Assembly (NCBI RefSeq): GCF_000497125.1
Contig: NC_090598.1
Span: 372,001-436,000, forward strand
Origin: Spironucleus salmonicida
Taxonomy: Eukaryota
Reading direction: 5' to 3'
DNA: 64,000 nucleotides
The notes beneath the pieces were generated by a model, which was given only the letters and a program-made list of their open reading frames with translations, was not told where the DNA came from and ran no database searches. The translations under genes were made by a program, and so were the position numbers. How positions within the stretch are numbered: the first letter of the stretch is position 1; each line of letters begins with the position of its first letter. Below are positions 1 to 16,088 of this stretch, piece after piece.

Positions 1-528
1 AAGAATATCATAGTTATTTGCAAATGCTTCAATTTCAAATCTTAATTTATACGAAAAATTAGGAAATTCAATATAATTTTCTTATTTCTGAGGCTATAAT
101 GCTATAACTGGTGATTTCACAAGTTGCTTTACATTTATATTGAGAGTAGGCACACTAGATGAAATAGATTTTTACTAGTTGCCTAGTAATTCAGAGTAAT
201 TAACATTATCATTTTTAATTTCTTTAGGAAATATTAAGAGTCGTTCTTAAAATTATGGATTTGATGCAAGAAAAGGATCTATAATTGGTTACTGAATTTA
301 AGACTATTATTAAGTTGTCTAGAAGTTTCCTTATGACGGCCCAAATATCTGTTTTTATTATGGATTTTAATTTTATCCAAAAATACTTTATTATTGTTAG
401 GGTTATTGCTAAACAACATTATTTTATGGTAAGCTCCATGTACTACCTAATTAATTCTTCTATAAAGCTTGTTAAACTAAGTAGTCATTCAAGGAAAGAC
501 CACTCTAGTTATAAACATTTACTGTCAT
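1..528 (-). CDS. Hypothetical Gln-rich protein with two FG motifs (possible nucleoporin); runs off the window edge
   Basis: Table-6 ORF MTVNVYNQSG...QQQSIFGQNQNPQQKQIFGPSQG..., open to position 1. Confidence 0.55.
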
Positions 529-604
529 TTTTATTATTTTAATTATATTAATAATATATGATAAACAAATTAATTTTACTTTTTTAATTTTCATCGCCTA
601 AATG

Positions 605-882
605 TCACTTTCTATAATTGCCACACGTTTCTCCAAATGTTTAGACAGTTTTGATATTCTTACTTCAGCTTTTTCTAAAATTTCGCTTTGATACTATATT
701 TACTGCATAATAATATTAAAAACAGTTTCTTGTTTCTAATTCTGCTATTCAAATTTTATATTTAGGGTTTACATTTAATTAATAAAGGGTTCAAGTTAGA
801 CTTAGTCTTAGTTTTTGTTTATACTTCTAAATTGAACTTCTGGCTACTAAGAAAATTGCACTTTTTGTGAGAAGGGGTTCAT
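605..882 (-). CDS. Small coiled-coil hypothetical protein; boundaries uncertain, no in-frame stop
   Basis: MNPFSQKVQF...EKAEVRISKLSKHLEKRVAIIE; an AGTGA motif at 605-609 is one base out of frame. Confidence 0.35.
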
Positions 883-958
883 TTACTTACATTCGTATTT
901 AAAATTATAGCATTAATTTATATTAATTAATATATATTTAATTTTCATTCCCGCATTA

Positions 959-1312
959 ATGTAAAGATATGCACAGCGCCCTCCATTCGTTGTTGAGGTG
1001 TAAACTAGGGCAAGACCTAATCTAACTCCAGAAATGCCAAAGTTAGAATAAATTTCTCCTTATAAGCGTGATGCCACATAAATTACTCTTCGTGATTTGG
1101 ATATGCGTTCACGTAGTCTTTCAACTTCTTAAAATGTATCATTAATATAAAGTTTCAAGAAAAATGCTCCTATTAATGATAAAATATACAAGAAGGAAGA
1201 AATTGATGGATTTAAATATTGGTAAGATAAAATAAACAAATTAAAACAGCCAATCTCGCATAAAAAAGATAGCTGGGTTGATTTCGTTCCTAAAAAAGGT
1301 CATTATTAATGA
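959..1312 (+). CDS. Hypothetical protein (117 aa)
   Basis: Table-6 ORF MQRYAQRPPFVVEV...KKGHYQ*, preceded by AT-rich and C-rich promoter-like sequence. Confidence 0.65.
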
Positions 1313-1323
1313 TGTATTATAAT

Positions 1324-1551
1324 TCACTATTTATTTAATATCCTATCGAAACAGTTCTAAGGAAGTCTTTTGAATGTTTTTAATAATTGTTATTCAATCA
1401 ATGGAGGTTAGTATCGTATTATTAAATTCGTAGGTTAAGGTTCAATTTAGACATCTTAAATAAATTAAACGACTGGAGAATCATATGAATCCGTGTCAGA
1501 TCCCTAATAGTCCTAAATATTTTCTGAATCAAGCATAGCTGAGATTTCCAT
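1324..1551 (-). CDS. Hypothetical protein (75 aa)
   Basis: MEISAMLDSEN...DRILNKQ*, ending in AGTGA. Confidence 0.5.
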
Positions 1552-1694
1552 TTATATGATACTCAAATAAATTCGATTGTATTAGTAATTATTATTATAT
1601 ATATTTTTATATTATTTAATAAAATTACTTTAAGATAAAATATTATTATATTAAATTGTAGTTATATTTTGTTTAGGAACCATTCCAAAATCAG

Positions 1695-2045
1695 ATGTCA
1701 GTAGAACAAACTCCGGAAGATATAAACGATTAAATAGCGTAGTTAGCTATTGAAAAGAAAAAACTCCAAAAAGAAGTTGAGATTATGTAAAAGTAACAGG
1801 AAGAGTATTTTAAGAATAAAGATTTTTATGATAAGCTGATAACTTTTCACTAAAAAATTGATTAATTGAAGGATGCCCGTGATGCAATTAGCAAGAAAAA
1901 TTCTTCATTATAGGAGGTTAACGATATGCTAAAAGAAAAAATTAGTTTTATTTAAGCTGCAGCTAAAGATAAAAATGCACAGGAGAAAAAATTAAAAGAG
2001 CTTTTGCAAGAGATATAATCTATTAAAGAAAAATTATAAGGATGA
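1695..2045 (+). CDS. Coiled-coil hypothetical protein (116 aa)
   Basis: MSVEQTPEDINDQIAQLAIEKKKLQKEVE...; K/E-rich heptad pattern. Confidence 0.65.
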
Positions 2046-2056
2046 TTTATTATATA

Positions 2057-2893
2057 TCACTTTTGATTTAACCCGTTTATTTTTTATTTCAACTCTTCTA
2101 TTCTTTTATCAGTTGTACTCATTTCTCTAATTAATTTATGGAGATAAATCTACTCTTGTTAAAGCTACTCCTATAAAACTTTTGTGAATTTTTATTTAGG
2201 CTCGTTAAATAAAGTTTTACTTTGTTAAGTAGAAATAGGTTTAACCTAACTAATAGTCTATCGGCTCTATCTTTCTTAATCTGATTTCAAAACTGGATTT
2301 TCTTATGTGTCACCCTCATCATCAATTTCTTCTTCCTCTTCTTCTTAATCACTATCCTATATTGATTCATCGTAAGAAAGTTTTAATTGACGTAGTTCTT
2401 ATTTTGTAGAAACTCCATGTTAAAGAATAAAGTTATTTAGTTCTTTATTTTTTGGTTTTTTGGTTTAATCTAACCACCACCAACCTACGGCAAACCAAGG
2501 TACTTCCTTCAGTGGTAAGTTTATTGGATCTTACCCATTTACCGATACTTCTAGAAAAGGAGGGTTCTAAGGAAACCCACTAGCAAAATCATTAACAATA
2601 ATAAACTCAGATGATAAAATATCCTTATAATCCATGTAGAGAGAAAGTAAATTTTTGTAAGTTGTTGGGACCTTATATGTTTTAATCATATATTCAATCG
2701 ATTCAGTAAGGCCCAAGTGGATATTGTTTTTTATTCCCCTTAAAACAGAAAGTGCACCAGCTTCTAAAGAATTAGTCTAGTTTCCAAGTTATTTAATCTC
2801 TTATATAGTTAAATTGAGCTGATATTAAATGCTTTTAGGTCTTTTACCTTACATCCAAAGTTTGTGAACTTTATTTAGTTTTATGTAATCCAT
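2057..2893 (-). CDS. Hypothetical protein (278 aa)
   Basis: MDYIKLNKVHKLW...EVPWFAVGWWLD..., acidic stretch, ends in AGTGA. Confidence 0.7.
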
Positions 2894-2957
2894 CTTAAAG
2901 AAAAGGGATAAAAATTTTATATATTAATCATATATACTTAGATAAATATAAAACTCC

Positions 2958-4010
2958 TCATTTCGTCAAACTAGCCATTAATTTCGCCTCAACCTACTCA
3001 TTATCACTTTGATATTCTTCATCAAAATCGTCGTCCTAATCATCATTTTGTACTAATTACTAATCAGCTTACACTGGTGTTTACTAAACTTCAATAATAG
3101 GATCAATAGGAGGTATTTCATGATCCATCAATGTGGGTGGAGCAGGTGGGGAAACTGGCCTTTTAACCTGTAACAGAGCTACTTTGTCCTTATTTTCTTC
3201 TTTTTCGAATTGAAGGTCTAAATTACGAAATTCATATGATTGTCCTTAAAATAATTCTTCTAAATCTGCTTTAAATTCTATTTTCAATTTGTTCTGAAGC
3301 TCCATAATTTCATTAAAGTTTCGTTCTCTCTAATCTTTTAAAGCATAAATCTACTCTCTACTTGCACCTAAGCTTCTTCGTATATTCATAATTTCTATCT
3401 TATTAATTTAGAATTTTCCCTTTCCTTTGTTCATTAATTTGGCTTCAAGCATGCCCAAATGTTGTCTTTTCAGGTCCACTCGGCGCTGTATTTCTAACTT
3501 TTCGCAAATAGATTTCAGGAGTTCAGTGTTCTGCAAAAAATCTAAATACGGTTTTTCCTTTAATTTTCGCTGCTGGTAAATTGCCTTTTCCTTCTCTGGA
3601 TCACCTACTTTAATCGCTTCAATTCTTTGTGCGGCTTACTAGATTTGAGATTCTAATACACGTATTTGTTCTTTCGTCTAAGATGATTTAGTATCTGGAA
3701 TCTAGTCAGTTTTAACGAGTAGATCTGCTTATTTTTTAACTTCAAGCTACTTTTCACGGAGAACCTTTTTCATCTCCTTTTCCTGCTCCATAAGTTATTT
3801 ATAAGCTTATTTAAGATCAGAACAATCATTACACGCCTGAATTGGGGCTGGTAGTTTGGCTTTCTTGGGACGGTCTATTTATGCCTTTTTAAGTCCGGTT
3901 TGAGGGGCCGAAGCGCGTTGGTTTGGAGCTGTTGAAACATCTTAAACGGGGTTAAATCTAGGCTTCTATGCTACTTACATTGGTGATTCATCGAAATCGA
4001 AGTCCGACAT
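2958..4010 (-). CDS. Coiled-coil hypothetical protein (350 aa)
   Basis: MSDFDFDESPMQ...; table-6 frame ending LMASLTK*. Confidence 0.7.
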
Positions 4011-4059
4011 TTTTTGCGGAATGAATTTTTAATACTATAATATAAAAGTTAATATTAAA

Positions 4060-7554
<3,495 letters not shown>

Positions 7555-8223
7555 TTAAGGGAACGATAAATTTGGATTTGTGAAACTTTGTATTCGTTTG
7601 AAATATAATGGGTATTAATGGTAACTTATATCAATAGCATAAAATATAATTAGAGATTTATTGAATAATATAAATATCAAATACTTTAGTTGAAAAAATT
7701 AAAAATACAATAAAAACTGAAACCACAAATAGTAATGATTAATCTAATAAATTATTTATAATATATTCTACATATATAAAAATTAAACATAACTTTTAAC
7801 TATACTTTAGTATATAAAATAGAAACTAAGTTAATTATTATTCGTTCATCACGATCGTTGTTTACAAAGTAGATTTTTCGAAACTATCTCATGTAGAATA
7901 ATAATACTAATAATTTATTTTATAATATAAAAGTAGAAATTGATAGTAAGTACTTAGTATTATTTATAATACAATAATATTATCTTCTATAAATAAAACT
8001 CTAATTACTTTACTAAAAAAGAGATAATCTATTATATTTTGTAAAAATTTAGTTTATGCTTATAAAACTATAAACTTATAGTCCGAAACATCATTAAGCG
8101 ACTAGAGTAATAATAAACATTATTTTTGTCTTTTATTAAAAAGGTTATAAACATAAATTATTAGATCAATAATAAAGAAAATTTCATAAATCCACATTCA
8201 AATAATCATACATCATACTTCAA

Positions 8224-8811
8224 TCAGTCTATATCAATATATTAAATTTACTTCACCTTTAAATCAACTTAATTAATTTATTCTATATCTAGGAAATCAA
8301 CAGTCAAATCGATAATATCTTAGTCAGTTAGATCTACTATATCTATTATCTATTCAATTGTCTTTCCTATGCCTAAAAATGACTGTTATCTGCGTTTTTC
8401 ACTTTCTATACTCATTTTGTCTAATTATTTTTTGCTAATAGGATAGTGATATTTAGTTATTTTAAGGCCAAAACAGGAATTTATTCTCATAGCCTAAGAA
8501 AACCAAAGTGGACCGTGGCCATCTCGAACACCATCATATTCACGACGTTAAAATATGAGAGCGTGACACATTTCATGAACAAGAGTATTAACTAGCTCAA
8601 ATTGCGTAGTTTCGTAGATTAAAGCCAATGATAAAACTATCTAGATTGGTCGTGACGAAATACAGAGTCCTGCAACACTATGCATTTTTGTCGAATAAGA
8701 AAGCGTACAGGTCTCTAACTCAGAAGAGAAAAACAATTAATTGCAAACGTGGAACATGTGATAAAGATCTAATAAATCTGGAAATATATTCATATCATGT
8801 ATGCGCAACAT
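8224..8811 (-). CDS. SprT/Spartan-like zinc metalloprotease with SIM-like C-terminal tail (195 aa)
   Basis: SYSTKMHSVAGLC...NTLVHEMCHALIF...DGHGPLW...RINSCFGLKITKYH resembles the SprT domain of SPRTN; tail contains IIDIVDLT, IIDLT, IDID. Confidence 0.85.
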
Positions 8812-8843
8812 TAGATATATCATATTATATATTAAACAATAAT
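8812..8843. promoter_or_regulatory. 32-bp bidirectional promoter between divergent genes
   Basis: Only 32 bp separate the two ATGs; contains TATTATATATTA. Similar TATATTATA tracts occur at 10576-10621, 24168-24240, 43689-43765, 53218-53277 and 61565-61609. Confidence 0.55.
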
Positions 8844-9914
8844 ATGAAACCTAAAATGAAAGAATTTTGCAGAGACGGCCATATTGCTTTTTCGTATCTA
8901 TTATTATAGAAGTAGTTTGAAATGAATAAGATCAAAATAGATCACGGCCGTGATCTGACAATGTTTTTATCTTTGGCAGTATTTGATATTTTAGATTCCC
9001 AGGAGTTCATTGAAAAAGTACGAGATCCAATACAAAAATAGATTATTCGGGGGTTAAAGTTACATTATCAAGATATGTAGAATATTATGATGCTTATCCA
9101 GTGTGCAGTCATTTTAGATTTTGATATTTAATAATATATCAACATTTAAGACTTGGTAGACTAAATTATATCATGTTAGCTTTAAAATGGCTCATTTTAG
9201 GCGTCAACGGAACCAAATTCGTATACAGATGTTAGAGATATTGGCTTGGCCCTAATTTCTTTGTACCTGTTAAAAATTCGGTATAATATTAATATTGATT
9301 CTTTAAATACAGTGTCAATTCAATCATATTTAACAAGTCTTGAAACACCAGATTTTTTTATTTCGCAGTCACCTTATTCAGAAGGACATGCTGGAGGCGT
9401 TTTCCTCACATTAATTTCACAGGAGATGCTTTAAAGATTAGGATATAAGTTAGTGTATTCATTCAATCATCGAAGAATAGTGAATAGACTAGTAAATTTG
9501 TAATAATTTCTATTGGCTGGAAGACCCAATAAGCCACCATGTCTTTGTTACCATCTATGGAGCTATGGAAGCTTAAAACTACTCAATTAGTAAAATTTGT
9601 TAAATCATGAAAGCTTATTAAATATGACATTAGAGGCTTAATTCCAGGTTAAACTGCCAGATTCTGTTATACAGTAACTACTACAACCTTTTTAGAGGCT
9701 AGAAGACTGTAATTCTAAATAAGATTTTTATTCTTTCTTATATGCTAATTATAAGACAATATTCATGGGATTTGGTGCAGACTAAATTGATCCAGATGCT
9801 TTGCATACTTTTTCTCCACTAATGTATCTAGCTGGCTAAAATTTTACTAATTAAAAGATCGATTTTGCTACATTTTTGACGGAGAAAAAATTGAAAATTT
9901 GGTAAAAAGAGTGA
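8844..9914 (+). CDS. Protein prenyltransferase beta subunit (GGTase-I beta-like, 356 aa)
   Basis: CQLQNGSF, TDVRD, SEGHAGG, GRPNKPPCLCYHLW, GFGADQIDPDALHT prenyltransferase-beta motifs; ends GAGTGA. Confidence 0.85.
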
Positions 9915-9924
9915 AAATTAAGGC

Positions 9925-10575
9925 TCATTTTAAAAGTTAGTTTTTCAAAAACGTTGCTAAAAATATTATGTGTGGCTACTAAATTTATTCTAAAAGTCGA
10001 ATCGCCTCAGCTTTAAAATTGAATAATTATTTCTGTAAAACTAGTTTTGCAAAAGCAACTTGGGGGCCGAAATCATTAATTTCAAGTCCATCGTAGCATA
10101 TTTCTCGACAGAATTCTAGGGATCCAATTTACAAATACTGGTCCCAAAGCTGCAAGTTATTGATATCAAAAGTTAATTTTTTCTCAAGTACTTCTAAAGA
10201 ATCTGGTACTTTTTGAAGAAGAGGAAAATCAAAACTAACTATATTTTCACGTAAATGATTTATATAATTATGGGCATGAAAATTTTTTGGATCATCTTTG
10301 AAGATTGCTTGAAGCAATACTATATCTGTCTCTGGGTTTATGTTATACTTTTTTTTAAACGCCCATGCAACATAGTTTTTCGTATGAGATAATAAAATTT
10401 TATCGCAGTTGGATGTTCCATAGTTGTCATATAAGAATTTCCAATAAGATACGTTTTAAGGTTAAAAAATCATTAATCTTATAAGCTCATCAAAGGTTAT
10501 TGTGGATAATGTTAATTTTTACTGAAGAGATCTGATCTCCTACGCATCTTAGCTATATTTTTTTGAAAGTTTCAT
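9925..10575 (-). CDS. Protein prenyltransferase alpha subunit (PPTA repeats, 216 aa)
   Basis: Repeats QPQNVSYW, HTKNYVAWAFK and DPKNFHAHNY resemble the PPTA consensus PKNYxAWxYR. Confidence 0.75.
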
Positions 10576-10621
10576 TATTTAATATTATTTACTAATATAT
10601 AATATTATAATAGAATCTAGA

Positions 10622-11005
10622 ATGAAAAAGAATTTAAAACTCACCATGACGAATTCACTGGCAAATGTTATTGATCTCGCAGATTAATAGGATATGAAGT
10701 AATATAGATTTCAGCATACTTCGCTGGAATAACCTATAGTAACTGAGAGATTAGAAGCAGTCTAGCCATCTTTGGTATCAATTTCAATGAGAAACGATTC
10801 AAGCTAAGAATCTCGGTAAGAAATATCATATTCACACTAGACCATCAGTTAGAAAGATAAAGATGGTTAATCGTTTACACCTAAAAGAGTAAAAATTATT
10901 ATTGACGAAACACCAAAAACGGTTAATACACATACTCTTAGTTTTGTTGGTTTTCTTATTTTAAGTATATTGATTTATGTACTATTTAAAGTTAAAAGCA
11001 AGTGA
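10622..11005 (+). CDS. Tail-anchored membrane hypothetical protein (127 aa)
   Basis: C-terminal hydrophobic helix ILLVFVGFLILSILIYVLF followed by KVKSK*; ends AAGTGA. Confidence 0.65.
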
Positions 11006-11047
11006 TATATTTATTATATTATATTATTTAAGATATATTTGTGCCTA

Positions 11048-12496
11048 ATGGAATAATATCTACTCGAAATAAATATTGCAATCAATAACTATGAATAAAT
11101 TTAACGTTAAAATCAACGAAATAAACTTTTGCAGTATTTTGAAGCTTATGATAAAGGATAATATTAAGAGGCGATATCTTTAGCCCCATAAGAAATTCAG
11201 TAAACTCTTAAACTTTTAGCCCAAGCAACAAATTAAATCAACATAATTGAATAATAGTCATCTTAATAATTACTAACAGAAGAAATTTAATCTATACTAG
11301 ATTTCAATGGAATCTCATAAATCTTTACGTCTGAAATTATTGATAAGCTTAATTAATTTTAGAACAAGTATGACTTATTATTATTACTTTAGCCTTTCTT
11401 GTAATAAAATTATAGTATTTTAGTTTCAAAATAAGACCTTATAGAACCATTTTTAAATGCATTTGGAGAATTTTAACAATAAATGAGAAACTTTATTCTA
11501 AATTTATTAATAACATAAGATCTTTAGAATAAATTTTGCTATACTGGTTCTAATTTATTCCTTATCAATTTGTCACGAGAGTATAATTAAAGGTTATGGA
11601 ATATTGACAATAAACTTATGACAGAATCATTAACTAATTAACTTACCTTAGCATTATATTAACCATCTCCTGATTAATTCTTTCATATTACATCTGACAG
11701 AGAGAGAGCACAGTTGATGTAAATATTATTTAAAGACAGCACTGAACTTATTAGATCTGCGCAGCTAGAGATATTAAAATTTATTAAATCAACTTATCAA
11801 AATTTAAAATTACTAGTTAATTAATTTAGAGATTATTTATCTAAAATAAATGAATTATAGCGCATTGCTGAAATATTGAAAATAGACTATCAGGGGCCTG
11901 AATTTTAAACCTAAATAATTAATCTCATTTCATTTTTTTCAATCTCAGGTTAAAAACCATCCATAACTCTCATTCCACATTCGTTATTAAACTAGATCTA
12001 GGATCTTGTTATAAACTAATAAGTTATTTAAAAATAATTAACAATTGAACTCAAAAAGATGAAAACAGTGTATTATAAGCTTGTAGCATAAGCAATTGAT
12101 GATTTATAAACCCTTATTTAAAAAACTAACAACAATGAGCAAGATTTCATAGTATTAGGCTTTAAAAATATTATTAATAACCTATTAATTATTATTAAAT
12201 AGAATAATAAATTTTTATATAACGAAGAAACAGTAGACAATGTATAATATTCATGTTTTACTGCTTTTATTGAGTAAATAACTATTATACTAAAGTAAGA
12301 TACTATTAGTAACTAAATTAAAATTAGGGTTAAAGATATACTTATAACTTAATTTTAGGTATAGTTCGAAATTAATCCTAATTTACTTGAGTGTTTAGAA
12401 GCTAATATGGACAACTATAGAGGCATTTGTTAATAATTAAAAATGGATTGGGCAAGTGTTAATTTTGCATTAAAGTAGTTGGATAAGGTTGTGTGA
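11048..12496 (+). CDS. Hypothetical alpha-helical protein (482 aa)
   Basis: ATG to TGA span is in frame in table 6; Gln/Leu/Ile-rich; no motif recognised. Confidence 0.65.
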
Positions 12497-12614
12497 TCTG
12501 TTTAAATTATAATTAATAGATTACTAAAAATTTCACTAAAAATAATTTTCATTCAGACTTTAGGCGATTGCTATTTTAATTATAATAATTAATTAGCATT
12601 TAATTATTTATATT

Positions 12615-13670
12615 TCATTCTAATAAACGAAGAACTTCAATTTACTCCTATGTAAATTCATTATAATCAATGCTCAATCCTTATAGACTAATTATAACCT
12701 ATTTTGCTTATTCTTCATTGAATTTTCCTATTTCAATATTTTGTTCAGTTAGAACATTTTTTAAGCGTTAAGAGAAATACCCTAAGCTTGCATCAGATTC
12801 ACTTGAAAAACTCCATTCAAATTAATCTTATTAGTTAACGGGATATGTAAAAGATCTGAAAGAAGTTGCGGGTGAGTAAAACTCTTTCTATTTTGAAATT
12901 TCCTTATAAAGTTAAGCTATCTATTCATATATCTTATTTTAATCCTATATTTTAAATCCTTTACATTTTAATAGTTACTCCGGACCTGCACGTCTCCTAA
13001 AAACTTTATCACAGAAATCTAACCCTTTTCTAGTTAAATTTAGTTATTTCACATATTATAAAATATGTTCTTTTTACACAAAAAGTTCATTTAAATTTGA
13101 TATTTAAGATTACAATACCTTTTTAGTAACCATTTAAACATAAATTACCCCTAATGGCCAATAATCAGAAAGTGGGGTTGCCTAATTTAAATATTATTCT
13201 GGTGCAGAATAATGTGGGGTTCCTTCGTATTTATACAGTGAAATAGACTATTTTGAGATTCCAAAATCCGAAATCTTCACTTATGAGTTGCAAAATAGTA
13301 TATTTTCCGGTTTAATGTCATTATGAATTATATTTTATGAATGCAAATATTAAAGTGCACTAATAATACTTTAAATTATGAAAAATGCTTAATCATCAGA
13401 AAGAAGGGTATAATTGATTATATCTAGTAGACTGCAACCACAGTATTCCATTAATATAAACAGCTATGAATTTTCTAAGAACACTTTAGTGTATTTTACT
13501 ACATTTTCATGATTTAGTTATTAAAGTATATGGATTTCGTCATTTATTGGGCCTTTTTATTTTTCTAAATCAATAACCTTCATTGCATAAATTTTATTCT
13601 CATATAATACCTTATATACCTTAGCAAATGAGCCTCTTCCTATTTCTTATAGAAATTAAACTTAATCCAT
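12615..13670 (-). CDS. Ser/Thr protein kinase (351 aa)
   Basis: IGRGSFAKVY, YAMKVI, HNDIKPENIL, KISDFG, GTPHYSAPE. Confidence 0.92.
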
Positions 13671-13828
13671 TACTTAATCTGTAAAAATATTATATAATAC
13701 TCATATTATGAAAAAATTAACTAATTCTATTTCAAATAACATATTATCATAAACTAAAATGATTTTAGATATGATCCAAAAGCTATAACTATTATACTAT
13801 TAATTAATCTTTATAATTATTAACAAAA

Positions 13829-14602
13829 ATGAACTAACTAAATGATCACCTTCTTTTCAAATCGCTCCGAGAGTTTATTATTTATCCCGTATTTGCAATT
13901 ATATAAATTTTCTCTATATTTATTTATTTTTTGATGAGAAAATATCGTGTTCCTGAATATAGATAGTTAAGTTTAACATAACATTTCACGCTTTAAAAAA
14001 GGTAGTTAAAGACATCAACATTAGAATTTGGCTTTATAATAATAATTACTTACATAAAAACCCTAGTTTTGTAGTCATAAATACTTATTTTTTCGACTTT
14101 TGGAACATTCTTTATACTTCGAAAATCTTCTATAGTGATGATGTTATTCCTAGCATGCAATATATTCTGTCAATTCAGTTTACTATCTTTCTTTTCAAAG
14201 TTTTATATTAATATTTAGGATAAAAAATATATTTTTTCTATCTTAGCTAGTATTTTTCATTTTTTCATAGAAATAATTTTTTAAGTATTGTATGGTTTTG
14301 GAATGATTTAAATTTCAGCTTAATATCCTGATACCAATAGCATTTAGTATAAATTTTTTATAGGATGCTCTTTTTTATGTTTTATAGTATCGGTAATTTT
14401 ACCTATTATTATACTGATTTTTTGTTTAGGATTTTTTAAAGGATTGAATAATTAAGACAATCTGGATTAACTAAATCGTGAATATTATTTTTTTTACCTT
14501 ACTAAACTAGCTATTGCTGATCCTCCTCACATAATACCAGAAAATACGGAGTTAATGCAGTTAAACCTTCACGGTGACGAACCAGAATAACAAAATTAGT
14601 GA
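13829..14602 (+). CDS. Multi-pass membrane hypothetical protein (257 aa)
   Basis: Several Phe/Ile/Leu-rich segments; ends TAGTGA. Confidence 0.65.
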
Positions 14603-14613
14603 TATATTTTTCC

Positions 14614-15516
14614 TCACTATAATTTTTTAGCCTCTGTCTATCTTTAATTTTTTTTCTATAATTTTTTCTTAATTATCTCCATTTGATTTAGTTAAACTAT
14701 ACCGCTAAATCTCCCTAAAACTCGTATTCCAAACTCAAACAGCTAATGACTGAACCAACAATTGACATGGTTACCGTTCCAGTCAGCCGCCAGAAACCGC
14801 TCCACCCACTAGCTAGCCCCTGCCATTCTGAAACTAGTGCGAGTTGTTTCTGTCATTTCCGTAGCAACCCAAAATGGCGTCCCGGAGAGTGCTAAAACGC
14901 CATTTTTAGATAATTCGGGTCGTGTAGCCTCAACTAAAGCTTGACAATAAGCTTTTGATGCAGAATAAACACTCAATAGAGGGCAAGGACAAATTCCTAC
15001 ACCCGAAGCTAAGTTTATTATAATTCCTCCATTATTATTCGTAAGGACCTAACAACTTCTCTGATAAATTCTAGTTGCTGCTACAACGTTGATACCAATT
15101 ATTCTATCAATTTCATCAGATTAAATTTAATTAATTTCTGAAGGGAGTTTCTGAGTTATTCCAGCGCAATTAACAACTATTCCCAATTTTGAGAGATCGA
15201 AGGTCTCGAAAACGTTTAAAACAGAAGCCTAAGTAACATCCTATGGGAATATAGTACAATTTTTAGGGCCAAGCTGCCTTTATAATTCTTGAAGGTTCTG
15301 CTCCCGTCGAGCAACAGCAATAATATGAAAATTTCTCTTTGAAAGAGAATAACAGAACTGATTTCCAATTCCTGATGAAGCTCCAAACACTAAAGCGATA
15401 GGTCGTATTTTTTAGAGAGACTTTAAGTTCCGTGGTGGGCGTACGAAAGTGAAAAAAAATGATCTAAGAGGTTTGATTAGGACTCCGATTAAAAGGGCAA
15501 GTTTCAAACGGTTCAT
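14614..15516 (-). CDS. Short-chain dehydrogenase/reductase (3-ketoacyl-CoA reductase/17-beta-HSD12-like, 300 aa)
   Basis: LVFGASSGIG, AVARR, VNCAG, YSASK catalytic motif, N-terminal hydrophobic anchor. Confidence 0.9.
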
Positions 15517-15597
15517 TTTTAAGGCTCGCAATAAATATAATTAGTTTACAAATGAACATTTGTTATTATAAAAATATAAGATACTATATTCAATTGA

Positions 15598-16047
15598 TCA
15601 ATCTTAGAAACTACCGAAAAATAGTGTATAATTGTTGGGGTCAGATACAAAAGCTTACAGATACGTGCGATAAAGATGTCTGATGTCTGAGATTGAGTTC
15701 ACTGGTTAATTAGATAAAAAAGTCCTAATTTTTTATAGTAAGATCAGCTTATCTGCGTTTGACGAATCTGGTATAAGCTGAAGGTCAGAGATGACTTCTA
15801 GAAGCTTAGTTTAAGTATTTTTAAGATTGGTAAAGTATTCGTTATCTTTTTCTATTTTAAAATCATTATTACTAACCTGGGATGCTTATGGCTTTAAGTT
15901 ATGAAGCTCCGCATAAATACTTTACTAATTTTTAAATATGTTCATCTTACTGGTGAGGATTTAGATATTATTGAGTTCAATTTCTTGATTTTGCTTATTA
16001 AAATAGTCTTGTACTTCATCATAGTCGATATTAAGTATATGCTGCAT
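15598..16047 (-). CDS. Hypothetical protein (149 aa)
   Basis: MQHILNIDYDEVQDYFNKQ...FFGSFQD*. Confidence 0.55.
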
Positions 16048-16088
16048 ATTTAATATAGTATTATAAGTTATACAATAATTAGTAATTC

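Noticed and set aside
7555-8223. Long AT-rich intergenic region upstream of PFOR as a hidden gene
   Set aside because: No convincing ORF, repeat or structure seen by eye; probably regulatory or spacer DNA.
8628-8843. N-terminal extension of the prenyltransferase beta subunit from ATG 8628
   Set aside because: It overlaps the antisense SprT gene, and a promoter-like tract lies just before ATG 8844.
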